Source of the DNA: Eubacteriales bacterium
GTDB taxonomy: Bacteria > Bacillota > Clostridia > Oscillospirales > CAG-272
Assembly: GCA_045645165.1 (NCBI GenBank)
Contig: JAZRIF010000212.1
Coordinates: 7,807-71,806 of the forward strand
DNA: 64,000 nt
Direction of reading: 5' to 3'
In this document: positions 26,621 to 34,767 of the stretch, one piece after another
How positions within the stretch are numbered: the first letter of the stretch is position 1
How the letters are laid out: the number at the start of each line of letters is the position of its first letter
Translations under genes and position numbers: made by a program
Notes under the pieces: model-generated
Seen by the model: only the letters and a program-made list of their open reading frames with translations
Told to the model about the DNA's origin: nothing
Databases searched by the model: none

Positions 26621-28458
26621 GCGCGCTCACCTCCCATCTTATTGGCACCACAGCCCGAGCAGTTCTCGCGGCAGTTGGGGGTGGTGTTCCCCTCGTGAGC
26701 CTTGGCGTTTTCTCTCTGCAGGAATTTCTTGGTCACGCCGCAGTCGATGACATCCCAAGGCAGGACTTCATCCAGACCGTAGCGGCGGTTGGCATAGAAA
26801 GCGGGATCGATGCCGGTTTCAGCAAAGATCTCCATCCACCCCTCGTAGTTGAAGAACTCCGACCAAGCTTCGAACTTATAGCCACGGCGGCAGGCCTCCT
26901 CCAGAGCGGGAGCGAGGCGGCGGTCGCCGCGGGCAAAGACCGCCTCCAGATGGCAGGTCTTGGCGTTGTGGTAGTTGTACTTCACGCGGCGGTCGTGGAC
27001 GCAGGAGCCCACGAAGGCCTGCTTGCGCTCCATCTCCTCAAGGGTATCCTGAGGTTCCCACTGGAAGGGGGTGAAGGGCTTGGGGATGAAGGGGGAGACA
27101 CTGATGGTGACCTGGGCGTGCTGACCCTTGCGGCGGTTGGGATTCTGATAGTAAGCAGACACCACGCGGTGCGCCAACTCGGGAATTTCCGCCAGATCCT
27201 CGTCGGTTTCGGTGGGGTGACCCTGCATGAAGTAGAGCTTGACCTGATTCTTGCCCACGTCAAAGGCCACGTTGACGGCGCGCATGAGGTCTTCCTCGTA
27301 GAGGTTCTTGTTGATGACGTCGCGGAGTCTCTGGGAGCCTGCCTCGGGGGCGAAGGTGATGGTGGAATTGCGGATGGAGGCCACCTTATCCATGAGCTCG
27401 CGGGTGAAGGAGTCGGCGCGCAGAGAGGGCAGGGACAGGCTGACCATGTTGGGGTTCGACCAGGACAAGAGGCTGTCGGTCAGCTCGTTTACTTTGGTGT
27501 AGTCGCTGATGGACAGGGAGGACAAGGACATTTCCTCATAGCCCGAGGACTCGAAGATGGCGCGGCACTGGCAGTCCACCACCTCGGGGGACTTTTCGCG
27601 GACGGGGCGGTAGACCATACCCGCCTGACAGAAACGGCAGCCACGGATACAGCCGCGACCCACCTCTACGGTGATGCGATCCTGCACCGTCTCGATGTAG
27701 GGCATGACCACCTTGTCGGGGAAAGGCGTCTTGTCCAGATCCTCCACGATGCGCTTGGTGACCGTCTTGGGAATGTCGTCGTAAACGGGGGTGTATGCTT
27801 CGACGGTGCCGTCCTCGTTATAGGTGACGGTGTAGAGGGAGGGGACGTACACACCTCGGATGGTGCGGGCGGCCTCATGCAAGAAAGCGGCGCGGGTATA
27901 GGTTCCCTCTTCCTTCATCTTGATATAGAGGCGGACGATCTCGGGGAGCATTTCCTCACCCTCACCGATATTGAAAAGGTCGAAGAAGTCGGCCACGGGC
28001 TCGGGGTTGTAGGAGCAGGGGCCGCCGCCGATGACCAGGGGGCAATCCTCACCGCGGTCTGCTGCACGCAGGGGGATCTTCGAAAGCTCCAGCATATTCA
28101 GAACGGTGGTGTAGCACATCTCGTACTGGAGGGTAAAGCCGAGGAAGTCGAATTCGGAAACGGGGTCGCCGCTCTCCAGACAGGTGAGGGGCACGTTCTG
28201 CTCCTTCATTTTCTCCTGCATATCCACCCAGGGAGCGTAGGTTCGCTCACACCAGATGTCATCGTGGAGGTTGAGGCAATGGTAGAGGATACGGACGCCC
28301 AGATTAGACATACCGATCTCGTAGGAATCGGGGAAAGCAAAAGCAAATCGTGCCTTGACCGTGTTCTTATCCTTGATGATCTGACCGTACTCACCGCCCG
28401 CATAGCGTCCGGGGCGGGAGACAGAGGTCAGAAGCATGCGTTTTTCGTTTTGGTTCAT
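26599..28458 (-). CDS. TIGR03960-family radical SAM protein (B12-binding-like N-terminal domain)
   Basis: 619 aa with a CxxxCxxC cluster (GRGCIRGCRFCQAGMVYRP). The N-terminal YAGGEYG...FAFAFPDSYEIGMSNLG is typical of this family. Confidence 0.9.
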   Translation of the reverse strand: MNQNEKRMLLTSVSRPGRYAGGEYGQIIKDKNTVKARFAFAFPDSYEIGMSNLGVRILYHCLNLHDDIWCERTYAPWVDMQEKMKEQNVPLTCLESGDPVSEFDFLGFTLQYEMCYTTVLNMLELSKIPLRAADRGEDCPLVIGGGPCSYNPEPVADFFDLFNIGEGEEMLPEIVRLYIKMKEEGTYTRAAFLHEAARTIRGVYVPSLYTVTYNEDGTVEAYTPVYDDIPKTVTKRIVEDLDKTPFPDKVVMPYIETVQDRITVEVGRGCIRGCRFCQAGMVYRPVREKSPEVVDCQCRAIFESSGYEEMSLSSLSISDYTKVNELTDSLLSWSNPNMVSLSLPSLRADSFTRELMDKVASIRNSTITFAPEAGSQRLRDVINKNLYEEDLMRAVNVAFDVGKNQVKLYFMQGHPTETDEDLAEIPELAHRVVSAYYQNPNRRKGQHAQVTISVSPFIPKPFTPFQWEPQDTLEEMERKQAFVGSCVHDRRVKYNYHNAKTCHLEAVFARGDRRLAPALEEACRRGYKFEAWSEFFNYEGWMEIFAETGIDPAFYANRRYGLDEVLPWDVIDCGVTKKFLQRENAKAHEGNTTPNCRENCSGCGANKMGGERACCPKKN

Positions 28459-28500
28459 ATGCTATTATCCTTATTTGATCGTTCATCACGAACGACATAC

Positions 28501-31500
28501 TTATTTTTTCTTTTTTTGTTTGAGCTTGGGCTCTTTCGCTTTTTTATCTTTTTCTGCATCACGGGCCGTATTCTTATGCCTGAAAGCGGTGCGGCTCACA
28601 AGATAAATCAGAGCTGCGTTCAGGAACTGCCATGCTGTCACAACGCCTGCCATAACATGTAAGTCACTTCCCAAACAAATGGTAAGCGCCGATAAGATCA
28701 ACGTAACGGGAATACTCAGCCAACTGATCAGATGTCCTCGACGATACACTCGATCCATATCATGACAAGCGGTCAAAGGCTGTACGAGATCCATACTGCG
28801 TCCCGTTGCAATTAAACCACCGGAACGGATTCTTCGCACGGATTCATATCCGGTGGGGCGAATAACCTCCATAGGATAGTTCTTACGCAACCGATTGATC
28901 CCTTCCATATCGGGATTTACAAGCGGATCGAAAGCGGATATGGATATCCGATATCCCATGTCCGAAAGCGCCATAGCCACGTGGGCAAAGGTACGACCGA
29001 CACGATATTCCACCGCGTATGCCAAATGGAAGCTACGATTGAAAGCCATATAGAGAACATGGCTTCCTTCACTCTTTTTATAACGTTGTTCCATATTGAT
29101 CTTGGGCAATCGAATTCCGCTCCGTGTCAAAGCCTCATGGGAACCCATCATAATCTCTGTCGTGCGCTCTTTCCGATCGTCTATCAGATAGAGTCTGATA
29201 GAGTTCTCCTGAACTTCCGCGATGTCGATTCGGTAATCCTCCGCATAACCGTCACGAATAGCCGGCTCTACTGCGAGGGGCGTATTCAGCAAACGGAAAA
29301 CCCAATCCGCCATACGGCGACATTCCTCGGAACGGTCATCTCCCCGCAGAGTAATATCCTTTCGATACAGGGATTTCAACGCATCTCCGTCCGGGAAAAT
29401 CAAACAGGCGGGGTACTTCCCTGCGTATTCTGACGGAGCGGCAGAACCAATCACGGCAGAACCTTTTTTGCTGAGTACACCATTTACGTAAAACAGCGGA
29501 TATGACATAGCCAGCAGGTATGCACCGGACAAGCAGGCCAAATACGTTGCTGTAAAAGTACGCACTCCATCCATCAGGAAACTTCCCTCCATGACCAGCT
29601 TGAAGCCTGCACACAGGATGGCGGCCAAAAGCGCTGCGGGAAGCAGATAATTCAGGTGCCCCATATACGGATTATATCGTTTGGTACGGGCAAAGTAATC
29701 GGCAATACGCCCCGCACGGACAACGGTCAGGATACGGTGCTTTTTGCCTCCGACCACTTTTTTGCGATTCTGATCCGCGTTGGAATTCTCCTCAAGGCGG
29801 TTCAGAGCAGCTGCTGCCGGCGTAATTTCACCGGTTAGTATATGGATCGGTTTTCCGCAGGACACTACGGTAAAGGCTCTGTGCTCTCCCTCCTTGACGA
29901 GATACTCGGAAACAGCGCCCAATAAGAGCATGAACAGTCCCGGGCTGCAGAAAAGCGGGAAAGTATACGGATCTCCCACCCAGCAGGCAATCCCGTTATG
30001 GATCAATGAGACGGCAACACTTATGGAAGCAACCGCATATTGATCCGGTTCAAAATCCAGCAGGCTCTTAAATCCTCTCGCCAAGCGAGTGACGAAAGGC
30101 AAACAGATACAAACCATCAATGAAAGCCCCGCAAGAGCTACCCATCGCAGATCCAGTCGTTCCGTCAATACATCCCTTGCAATCAAAAGAGGAATGAGGT
30201 CGTACACAAGAGCGAACAAAACACCCAGACCGGCCACCCAGAGCCTCGCCGTGTTTCTGTTTTTAGCTCGCACATAGGCTGCTTCCACACGATCGGTATC
30301 ATCGCGTCCACGGTACTCATGACCGCCATTCTCCCAAAAGGATTTGTCAGAAGAAGACTCGCGATTCTCATGCGTTTTTTCGCTGATCTTATCGATCCGC
30401 GCTTGCTGTTCCGCGTGGTGCAAAGAAGCTTCATACCCGAGCTTCATGATCAGCTCAGTATCCCGCAACGTTTCTTCCGTTTCGTCGGACTGTGTCATTG
30501 CCTCTGTGTAGATCACACAGTTCCCTTCACCGGACTCATCAGCCACGGATGGATCCGCATCCCGGGCTTGCTCCTTAGGCAAAAGATCCGTATAGGGCGG
30601 AATGGGTGAAATATCATCCAAGCCCAATTGCAGCGAATCTTGGATATAGATATACGGTTTTCTCGCGCGGTCTGTCCGATGCTCTTCGCGAAGCTCCGGA
30701 TCCGTTTCATCCGTTGCCGGAGAAACCTCACCACTTGAGAGACCGGCATGACTGCCTATTTCCCCTTTTGCGATTTCTTCTCCCGTGTTCCAGGACGATA
30801 CAGATACATTTTCTTGCTCCAGCAATCGACTGTTTTGTTCATCCAGCATCCGCAAACGGTGACCGCCAACCATTTCGTTGGGCGACAAGCCATTTAAACG
30901 ATCATCCGACAAGTAGTCCCGGATCGGACGTCGGTAATACATACCTACCCCTGACGGAGCACTCTGATCGACCGACGATGCCGCGATGGTCATATCATCC
31001 GTTTTTTCGTCATAGTCTTCAGATTCTTCTGCTTCGAAAATTTCGGACTCTTCTTCGGTATACTCCTCATACTCCTCCTCGGTATACTCCTCAGACTCTT
31101 CCTCAGTGTACTCCTCAGGCTCTTCCTCGATGTACTCCTCAGACTCTTCCTCGATGTACTCCTCAGACTCTTCCTCGGTGTACTCCTCAGACTCCTCCTC
31201 GGTGTACTCCTCAGACTCCTCCTCGATGTACTCCTCAGGCTCTTCCTCGGTGTACTCCTCGGACTCTTCCTCGATGTACTCCTCAGACTCTTCCTCGGTG
31301 TACTCCTCAGATTCTTCCTCGATGTATTCCTCAGACTCTTCCTCGGTGTACTCCTCAGGCTCTTCCTCAATGTACTCCTCAGACTCTTCCTCAATGTACT
31401 CCTCAGACTCTTCCTCGGTATACTCCTCGGACTCTTCCTCGGTGTACTCCTCGGGCTCTTCCTCGGTGTACTCCTCAGGCTCTTCCTCAATGTACTCCTC

Positions 31501-31815
31501 AGACTCTTCCTCGGTATACTCCTCGGACTCTTCCTCGGTGTACTCCTCGGGCTCTTCCTCGATGTACTCCTCGGGATCGTCTTCCCTGTAATCCTCTTCA
31601 AAATCCGATGTGTCTAAGGATTCCAACAAGGACGGTTTCGCAGAAGTCTTGCCCAACTGCGCACGAAGCAACGCAGCGAGGTCATCATCTGTAGCCATAC
31701 TTTGAGTCGTACTCGATTCCTCGTAATCTTCATTCATGGAGGCCTTCAGCTTTTCTGCCCAGTCCACGGACGTATGTTCAGGCTTTTTTTTCGAATTTTT
31801 TCTCGGTTCGGACAA
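28501..31815 (-). CDS. Large membrane protein: N-terminal Glu/Tyr tandem-repeat region plus C-terminal degenerate P1B-type (CopA-like) P-type ATPase-like region lacking all catalytic motifs
   Basis: 1104-aa ORF with a TTG start at 31815 and RBS gggaggg. See findings for the block-by-block comparison. About 8 hydrophobic segments and a Lys-rich C-terminal tail. Confidence 0.8.
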   Translation of the reverse strand: MSEPRKNSKKKPEHTSVDWAEKLKASMNEDYEESSTTQSMATDDDLAALLRAQLGKTSAKPSLLESLDTSDFEEDYREDDPEEYIEEEPEEYTEEESEEYTEEESEEYIEEEPEEYTEEEPEEYTEEESEEYTEEESEEYIEEESEEYIEEEPEEYTEEESEEYIEEESEEYTEEESEEYIEEESEEYTEEEPEEYIEEESEEYTEEESEEYTEEESEEYIEEESEEYIEEEPEEYTEEESEEYTEEEYEEYTEEESEIFEAEESEDYDEKTDDMTIAASSVDQSAPSGVGMYYRRPIRDYLSDDRLNGLSPNEMVGGHRLRMLDEQNSRLLEQENVSVSSWNTGEEIAKGEIGSHAGLSSGEVSPATDETDPELREEHRTDRARKPYIYIQDSLQLGLDDISPIPPYTDLLPKEQARDADPSVADESGEGNCVIYTEAMTQSDETEETLRDTELIMKLGYEASLHHAEQQARIDKISEKTHENRESSSDKSFWENGGHEYRGRDDTDRVEAAYVRAKNRNTARLWVAGLGVLFALVYDLIPLLIARDVLTERLDLRWVALAGLSLMVCICLPFVTRLARGFKSLLDFEPDQYAVASISVAVSLIHNGIACWVGDPYTFPLFCSPGLFMLLLGAVSEYLVKEGEHRAFTVVSCGKPIHILTGEITPAAAALNRLEENSNADQNRKKVVGGKKHRILTVVRAGRIADYFARTKRYNPYMGHLNYLLPAALLAAILCAGFKLVMEGSFLMDGVRTFTATYLACLSGAYLLAMSYPLFYVNGVLSKKGSAVIGSAAPSEYAGKYPACLIFPDGDALKSLYRKDITLRGDDRSEECRRMADWVFRLLNTPLAVEPAIRDGYAEDYRIDIAEVQENSIRLYLIDDRKERTTEIMMGSHEALTRSGIRLPKINMEQRYKKSEGSHVLYMAFNRSFHLAYAVEYRVGRTFAHVAMALSDMGYRISISAFDPLVNPDMEGINRLRKNYPMEVIRPTGYESVRRIRSGGLIATGRSMDLVQPLTACHDMDRVYRRGHLISWLSIPVTLILSALTICLGSDLHVMAGVVTAWQFLNAALIYLVSRTAFRHKNTARDAEKDKKAKEPKLKQKKKK
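31048..31575 (-). repeat. In-frame tandem repeat, about 22 units of 24 nt, encoding EEY[T/I]EEE[S/P]
   Basis: Direct reading: gaggagtacaYcgaggaagagYc-type units repeated head to tail. All other frames are also open, producing three repeat-derived artefact ORFs in the track. Confidence 0.95.
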
Positions 31816-31856
31816 GTCAGTCCCTCCCTTCCTGATGAACTAAGGGGTCTGTTCGC

Positions 31857-32879
31857 TTATTCCTTATGGTGCTGACGGGCGATCTCTGCCAAGATAACAG
31901 AAGCGGCAGTGGAAACATTAAAGGAATTGACGTGCCCGTACATAGGAATGGACACGATACCGTCACAGGTCTCCTTGACCACGCGGGATACACCGTCCCC
32001 CTCACTGCCCATGACCAGCGCGCAGGGGCCTTCAAAATTAGTATTGTAATGAGCAGAACCGCCTGCTTCGGCTGCATAGACCCACACACCTGCCTTTTGC
32101 AGATCCAGAATGGTCTGGTGAACGTTGGCAACCTTTGCGACAGCCAGATGCTCCATAGCGCCCGCGGAGGACTTGGCAACCAACGCGGTCAAACCTACTG
32201 CACGACGGCGAGGAATGATCAGGCCGTGGGCACCGCAGCCCTCGGCACAGCGGATCAGTGCACCTAGATTGTAGGGATCGGTGATTCCGTCTGCAATGAC
32301 GATGAAGGGCTTTTCACCGCGTTCGGCAGCGATTGCCAGAATGTCCTCTACGGTGCAATACTCTTTCTGAGCCACCATGGCGATAACACCCTGGTGAGGA
32401 ACGAAACCGGCAAGACTATCCAGCTTGGCTTTATCCACTTCCACCACGGGAATTCCCTTCTCAACAGCTTCAGCTACCAGCACAACGATAGAACCTTCTC
32501 TATCGCCGCGGCGTACCAGAAGCTTGTCCACGGTACGGTCGGAGCGGAGCAGCTCGCGGACGGCGTTACGGCCGATCACCAGGCCCTCTGCTTCGGGATC
32601 GGGAGTGTTGCCATCTTCGTCGTAGTCACGGGTATCGCGGTCGTACTGCTTTTTCTCATAGGTCTTGTACTCGTCACGAGGACGGTCACTATACGGCTTG
32701 TCACCGTATGCCTTCTTTTCGTAAGGCTTTTTCTCGCCACGATCGTGAACGGGCTTTCCTTCCTTACGAGGACGCTCTCCGGCAGGCGAAAAATTTTTAT
32801 CAGCAGGGTATTTCTTCGTTCCCCTTCCACCTTCGGATTTGTAAGACTTTTTATTCTTGTTATCGTTGTTGTATGCCAT
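31857..32879 (-). CDS. rlmB: 23S rRNA (guanosine2251-2'-O)-methyltransferase RlmB (SpoU/TrmH family) with ~110-aa Lys/Tyr/Asp-rich N-terminal extension
   Basis: SpoU core: GRNAVRELL, DPYNLGALIRCAEGCGAHGLII, LVMGSEGDGVS, NVSTAASVIL. Start set at the ATG at 32879 (MAYNNDNKNKK); the track extension to 33014 crosses a terminator. Confidence 0.85.
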   Translation of the reverse strand: MAYNNDNKNKKSYKSEGGRGTKKYPADKNFSPAGERPRKEGKPVHDRGEKKPYEKKAYGDKPYSDRPRDEYKTYEKKQYDRDTRDYDEDGNTPDPEAEGLVIGRNAVRELLRSDRTVDKLLVRRGDREGSIVVLVAEAVEKGIPVVEVDKAKLDSLAGFVPHQGVIAMVAQKEYCTVEDILAIAAERGEKPFIVIADGITDPYNLGALIRCAEGCGAHGLIIPRRRAVGLTALVAKSSAGAMEHLAVAKVANVHQTILDLQKAGVWVYAAEAGGSAHYNTNFEGPCALVMGSEGDGVSRVVKETCDGIVSIPMYGHVNSFNVSTAASVILAEIARQHHKE

Positions 32880-32918
32880 ATCGGATCCTTTCAAAATAGA
32901 TATTTCTATACAGAGTAT

Positions 32919-32947
32919 ATTATAACATAAAAAAAAGAATTTGTATA
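32919..32947 (-). promoter_or_regulatory. Candidate sigma-A promoter (extended -10) for the rlmB operon
   Basis: On the minus strand: TATACA, a 17-nt spacer, then TGtTATAAT. It lies immediately downstream of the GT2 terminator. Confidence 0.5.
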
Positions 32948-32967
32948 GATGTTTTGACGATTTTCTG

Positions 32968-33006
32968 CAAAAAAGAAAAAAATATCCCCGCGACCCGCGG
33001 GGATAT
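32968..33006 (-). terminator. Strong rho-independent terminator after the GT2 gene
   Basis: On the minus strand: ATATCCCCGCG-ggt-CGCGGGGATAT (11-bp perfect stem), followed by tttttttcttttttg. Confidence 0.85.
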
Positions 33007-33010
33007 TGAT

Positions 33011-33760
33011 TCACTTGACTTCGATCTCAATTTTCTTGATACGCTTCTTCATCTTCCGCAGATCCTTGAGCATTTTGAAGGTATCCTTCACAATGTTGAC
33101 CTTGGATTCACGGTGATTGATGATCTTCACAGGCGTTTCCACGATCTTTTTGCCCAGCTTGGTTGCCCACAGAATGGCTTCAAAGTCGAAGGCAAAGCCG
33201 TTGACCTCACAGCGGGGGAAAATCTCCATAACCGTCTGCTTGGTAAAGGCTTTACAGCCGCACTGGGAATCCGAAAGCTTGAAGCCGCCTACAAAGCAAA
33301 GTACTTTGATATAGGTTTTGGACATCAGCTTACGAATAAAGGTATACCCCTCGTAGCCGTCCTTATGAAGGTTGCGGGATCCGATGACCATATCTGCCTC
33401 GGGATGAGCGACAAACTCGTCATAAACCTGCTTCACGACGTCGGTACCGTAAGCCAGATCGGCATCGGTGAACATGACGATATCACCCTCTGCGGCCAGG
33501 AGCGCGGTACGGACGGCGCATCCTTTACCCTTGTTATCGGGATAGCCCACGACACGGACATTGGGCAGGTTGAGATTCTCCACAGTCTTGTCACAGCCAT
33601 CCTTGGAACCGTCGTTGGAGAAAATGATCTCGTAATCGGTAAAGGTAGCGGACATATACTCATGGAGTGTCTTGGCGGTGTCAGCAATGATGCTGTTCTC
33701 GTTATACATGGGAATACAGAGAGAAATCTTCTTGTTGAATACGGTTTCGGTGGTGCTCAT
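33011..33760 (-). CDS. Family 2 glycosyltransferase (polyprenol-phosphate sugar transferase-like)
   Basis: ISLCIPMYNENSII, IIFSNDGSKDG and FTDADLAY (DxD) form the GT2 pattern. Start is the ATG at 33760 with RBS gaaagga. Confidence 0.85.
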   Translation of the reverse strand: MSTTETVFNKKISLCIPMYNENSIIADTAKTLHEYMSATFTDYEIIFSNDGSKDGCDKTVENLNLPNVRVVGYPDNKGKGCAVRTALLAAEGDIVMFTDADLAYGTDVVKQVYDEFVAHPEADMVIGSRNLHKDGYEGYTFIRKLMSKTYIKVLCFVGGFKLSDSQCGCKAFTKQTVMEIFPRCEVNGFAFDFEAILWATKLGKKIVETPVKIINHRESKVNIVKDTFKMLKDLRKMKKRIKKIEIEVK

Positions 33761-33793
33761 GGCAATTCCTTTCAATGGAAAATATATTTGATA

Positions 33794-34696
33794 TCAAAGC
33801 TTTTCGTAAATATGGAAGTCAAAGGAGACCTCGGTCTCCAGCCGTTCGGCGGCCTTGAGTCGTTCGTGACCGTCAGGGCTTGTCCGCCAATAGTAGGGAG
33901 TCATGGAAAAGAGGGCTTGTATGTGTTCCTGCCCTTCCACAACGATGGGAAAGGTTACATGACGGATATCTGCAAGATGTAAATCGTTTCCTTCTTCCGG
34001 TAGGTCGCGGCGGGGCTCATTTAAATACGGATCGTCGTAGACCAATTTCTTGAGTCCAAATAAATGCCGCTCTCCCGCGCCGGCTACGATCAAGTGGCCG
34101 CCCGATTTCAACACGCGGGCGTATTCCCCGGGCGCACACGGAGCAAACACGTTGGTCACGGTGTCGAAGGCGCCATCTTGTACGGGCAATTCAAATACGC
34201 TTCCCACGGCGTACAGCGTACGGGAGGCTTGTCCGCACGCCATTCGATGGGCGCGCGCCGACTTGGCCGCAGCGTCCACAGCGAATTTTGAGAGATCAAC
34301 TCCCAACGTAGGATATCCCGTCAGGGCAATGCGATTGGAATAGTATCCTTCTCCGCACCCCGCATCCAGCACACATCCGTCGGCGGGGGTATACTCCTGA
34401 ACCAACGCAGTTAGTGCTTCGGCTGCCTGTGCGTAGTAACCGTGATGGAGAAAAGCCGTTCGCGCCCGAACCGCATCCTTTGAATCCCCGCCTCCACTGT
34501 GACGGGGAGACAGGGGAACGTAACCGCCTGCGCCTCCGTCAAACAAATGGGTTTTTGTATTTGGCTTGGGCAGATCATTCAGGGCAAAACACCCGAGACT
34601 GCGCCCGTCGGGAGAGATAGAGAGGGGGTATCCGCAAACGGGACAGGTCAGTTTTTCGAGCAAAAGAGGGTGGAGCTCGCGATTCAGATCAAGCAT
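33794..34696 (-). CDS. rlmA: RlmA-like 23S rRNA (guanine-N1)-methyltransferase with N-terminal zinc ribbon
   Basis: LTCPVCGYPL, GGDSKDAVRARTAFLHHGYY, VLDAGCGEGYY, NVFAPC and MTPYYWR are collinear with E. coli RlmA as I remember it. Start is the ATG at 34696. Confidence 0.8.
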   Translation of the reverse strand: MLDLNRELHPLLLEKLTCPVCGYPLSISPDGRSLGCFALNDLPKPNTKTHLFDGGAGGYVPLSPRHSGGGDSKDAVRARTAFLHHGYYAQAAEALTALVQEYTPADGCVLDAGCGEGYYSNRIALTGYPTLGVDLSKFAVDAAAKSARAHRMACGQASRTLYAVGSVFELPVQDGAFDTVTNVFAPCAPGEYARVLKSGGHLIVAGAGERHLFGLKKLVYDDPYLNEPRRDLPEEGNDLHLADIRHVTFPIVVEGQEHIQALFSMTPYYWRTSPDGHERLKAAERLETEVSFDFHIYEKL

Positions 34697-34734
34697 GGTT
34701 GACTCCATTTCGTCGATATTCCATATTTTACACC

Positions 34735-34763
34735 ATTATACATCATTTTGGACAGAAATGCAA
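34735..34763 (-). promoter_or_regulatory. Sigma-A promoter for the rlmA-like/GT2 pair
   Basis: On the minus strand: TTGCAT, a 17-nt spacer, then TATAAT. Confidence 0.6.
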
Positions 34764-34767
34764 GGGG

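Noticed and set aside
26695-28662. 655-aa + strand ORF
   Set aside because: It is antisense to the TIGR03960 radical SAM gene, which has a clear CxxxCxxC motif.
31048-31575. Possible CRISPR array
   Set aside because: The units are contiguous 24-nt repeats with no unique spacers. They lie in frame inside a long ORF, and no cas genes are nearby.
30606-31694. Three repeat-derived ORFs (362 aa TPQTLPRC-type on +; 203 aa PRKS-type on -, 30990..31601; 161 aa SSMYSS-type on +, 31106..31591)
   Set aside because: They are alternative frames or strands of the 24-nt tandem repeat. They are open only because the repeat unit lacks stop codons in any frame. The EEY frame is the one continuous with a 1104-aa ORF that has an RBS.
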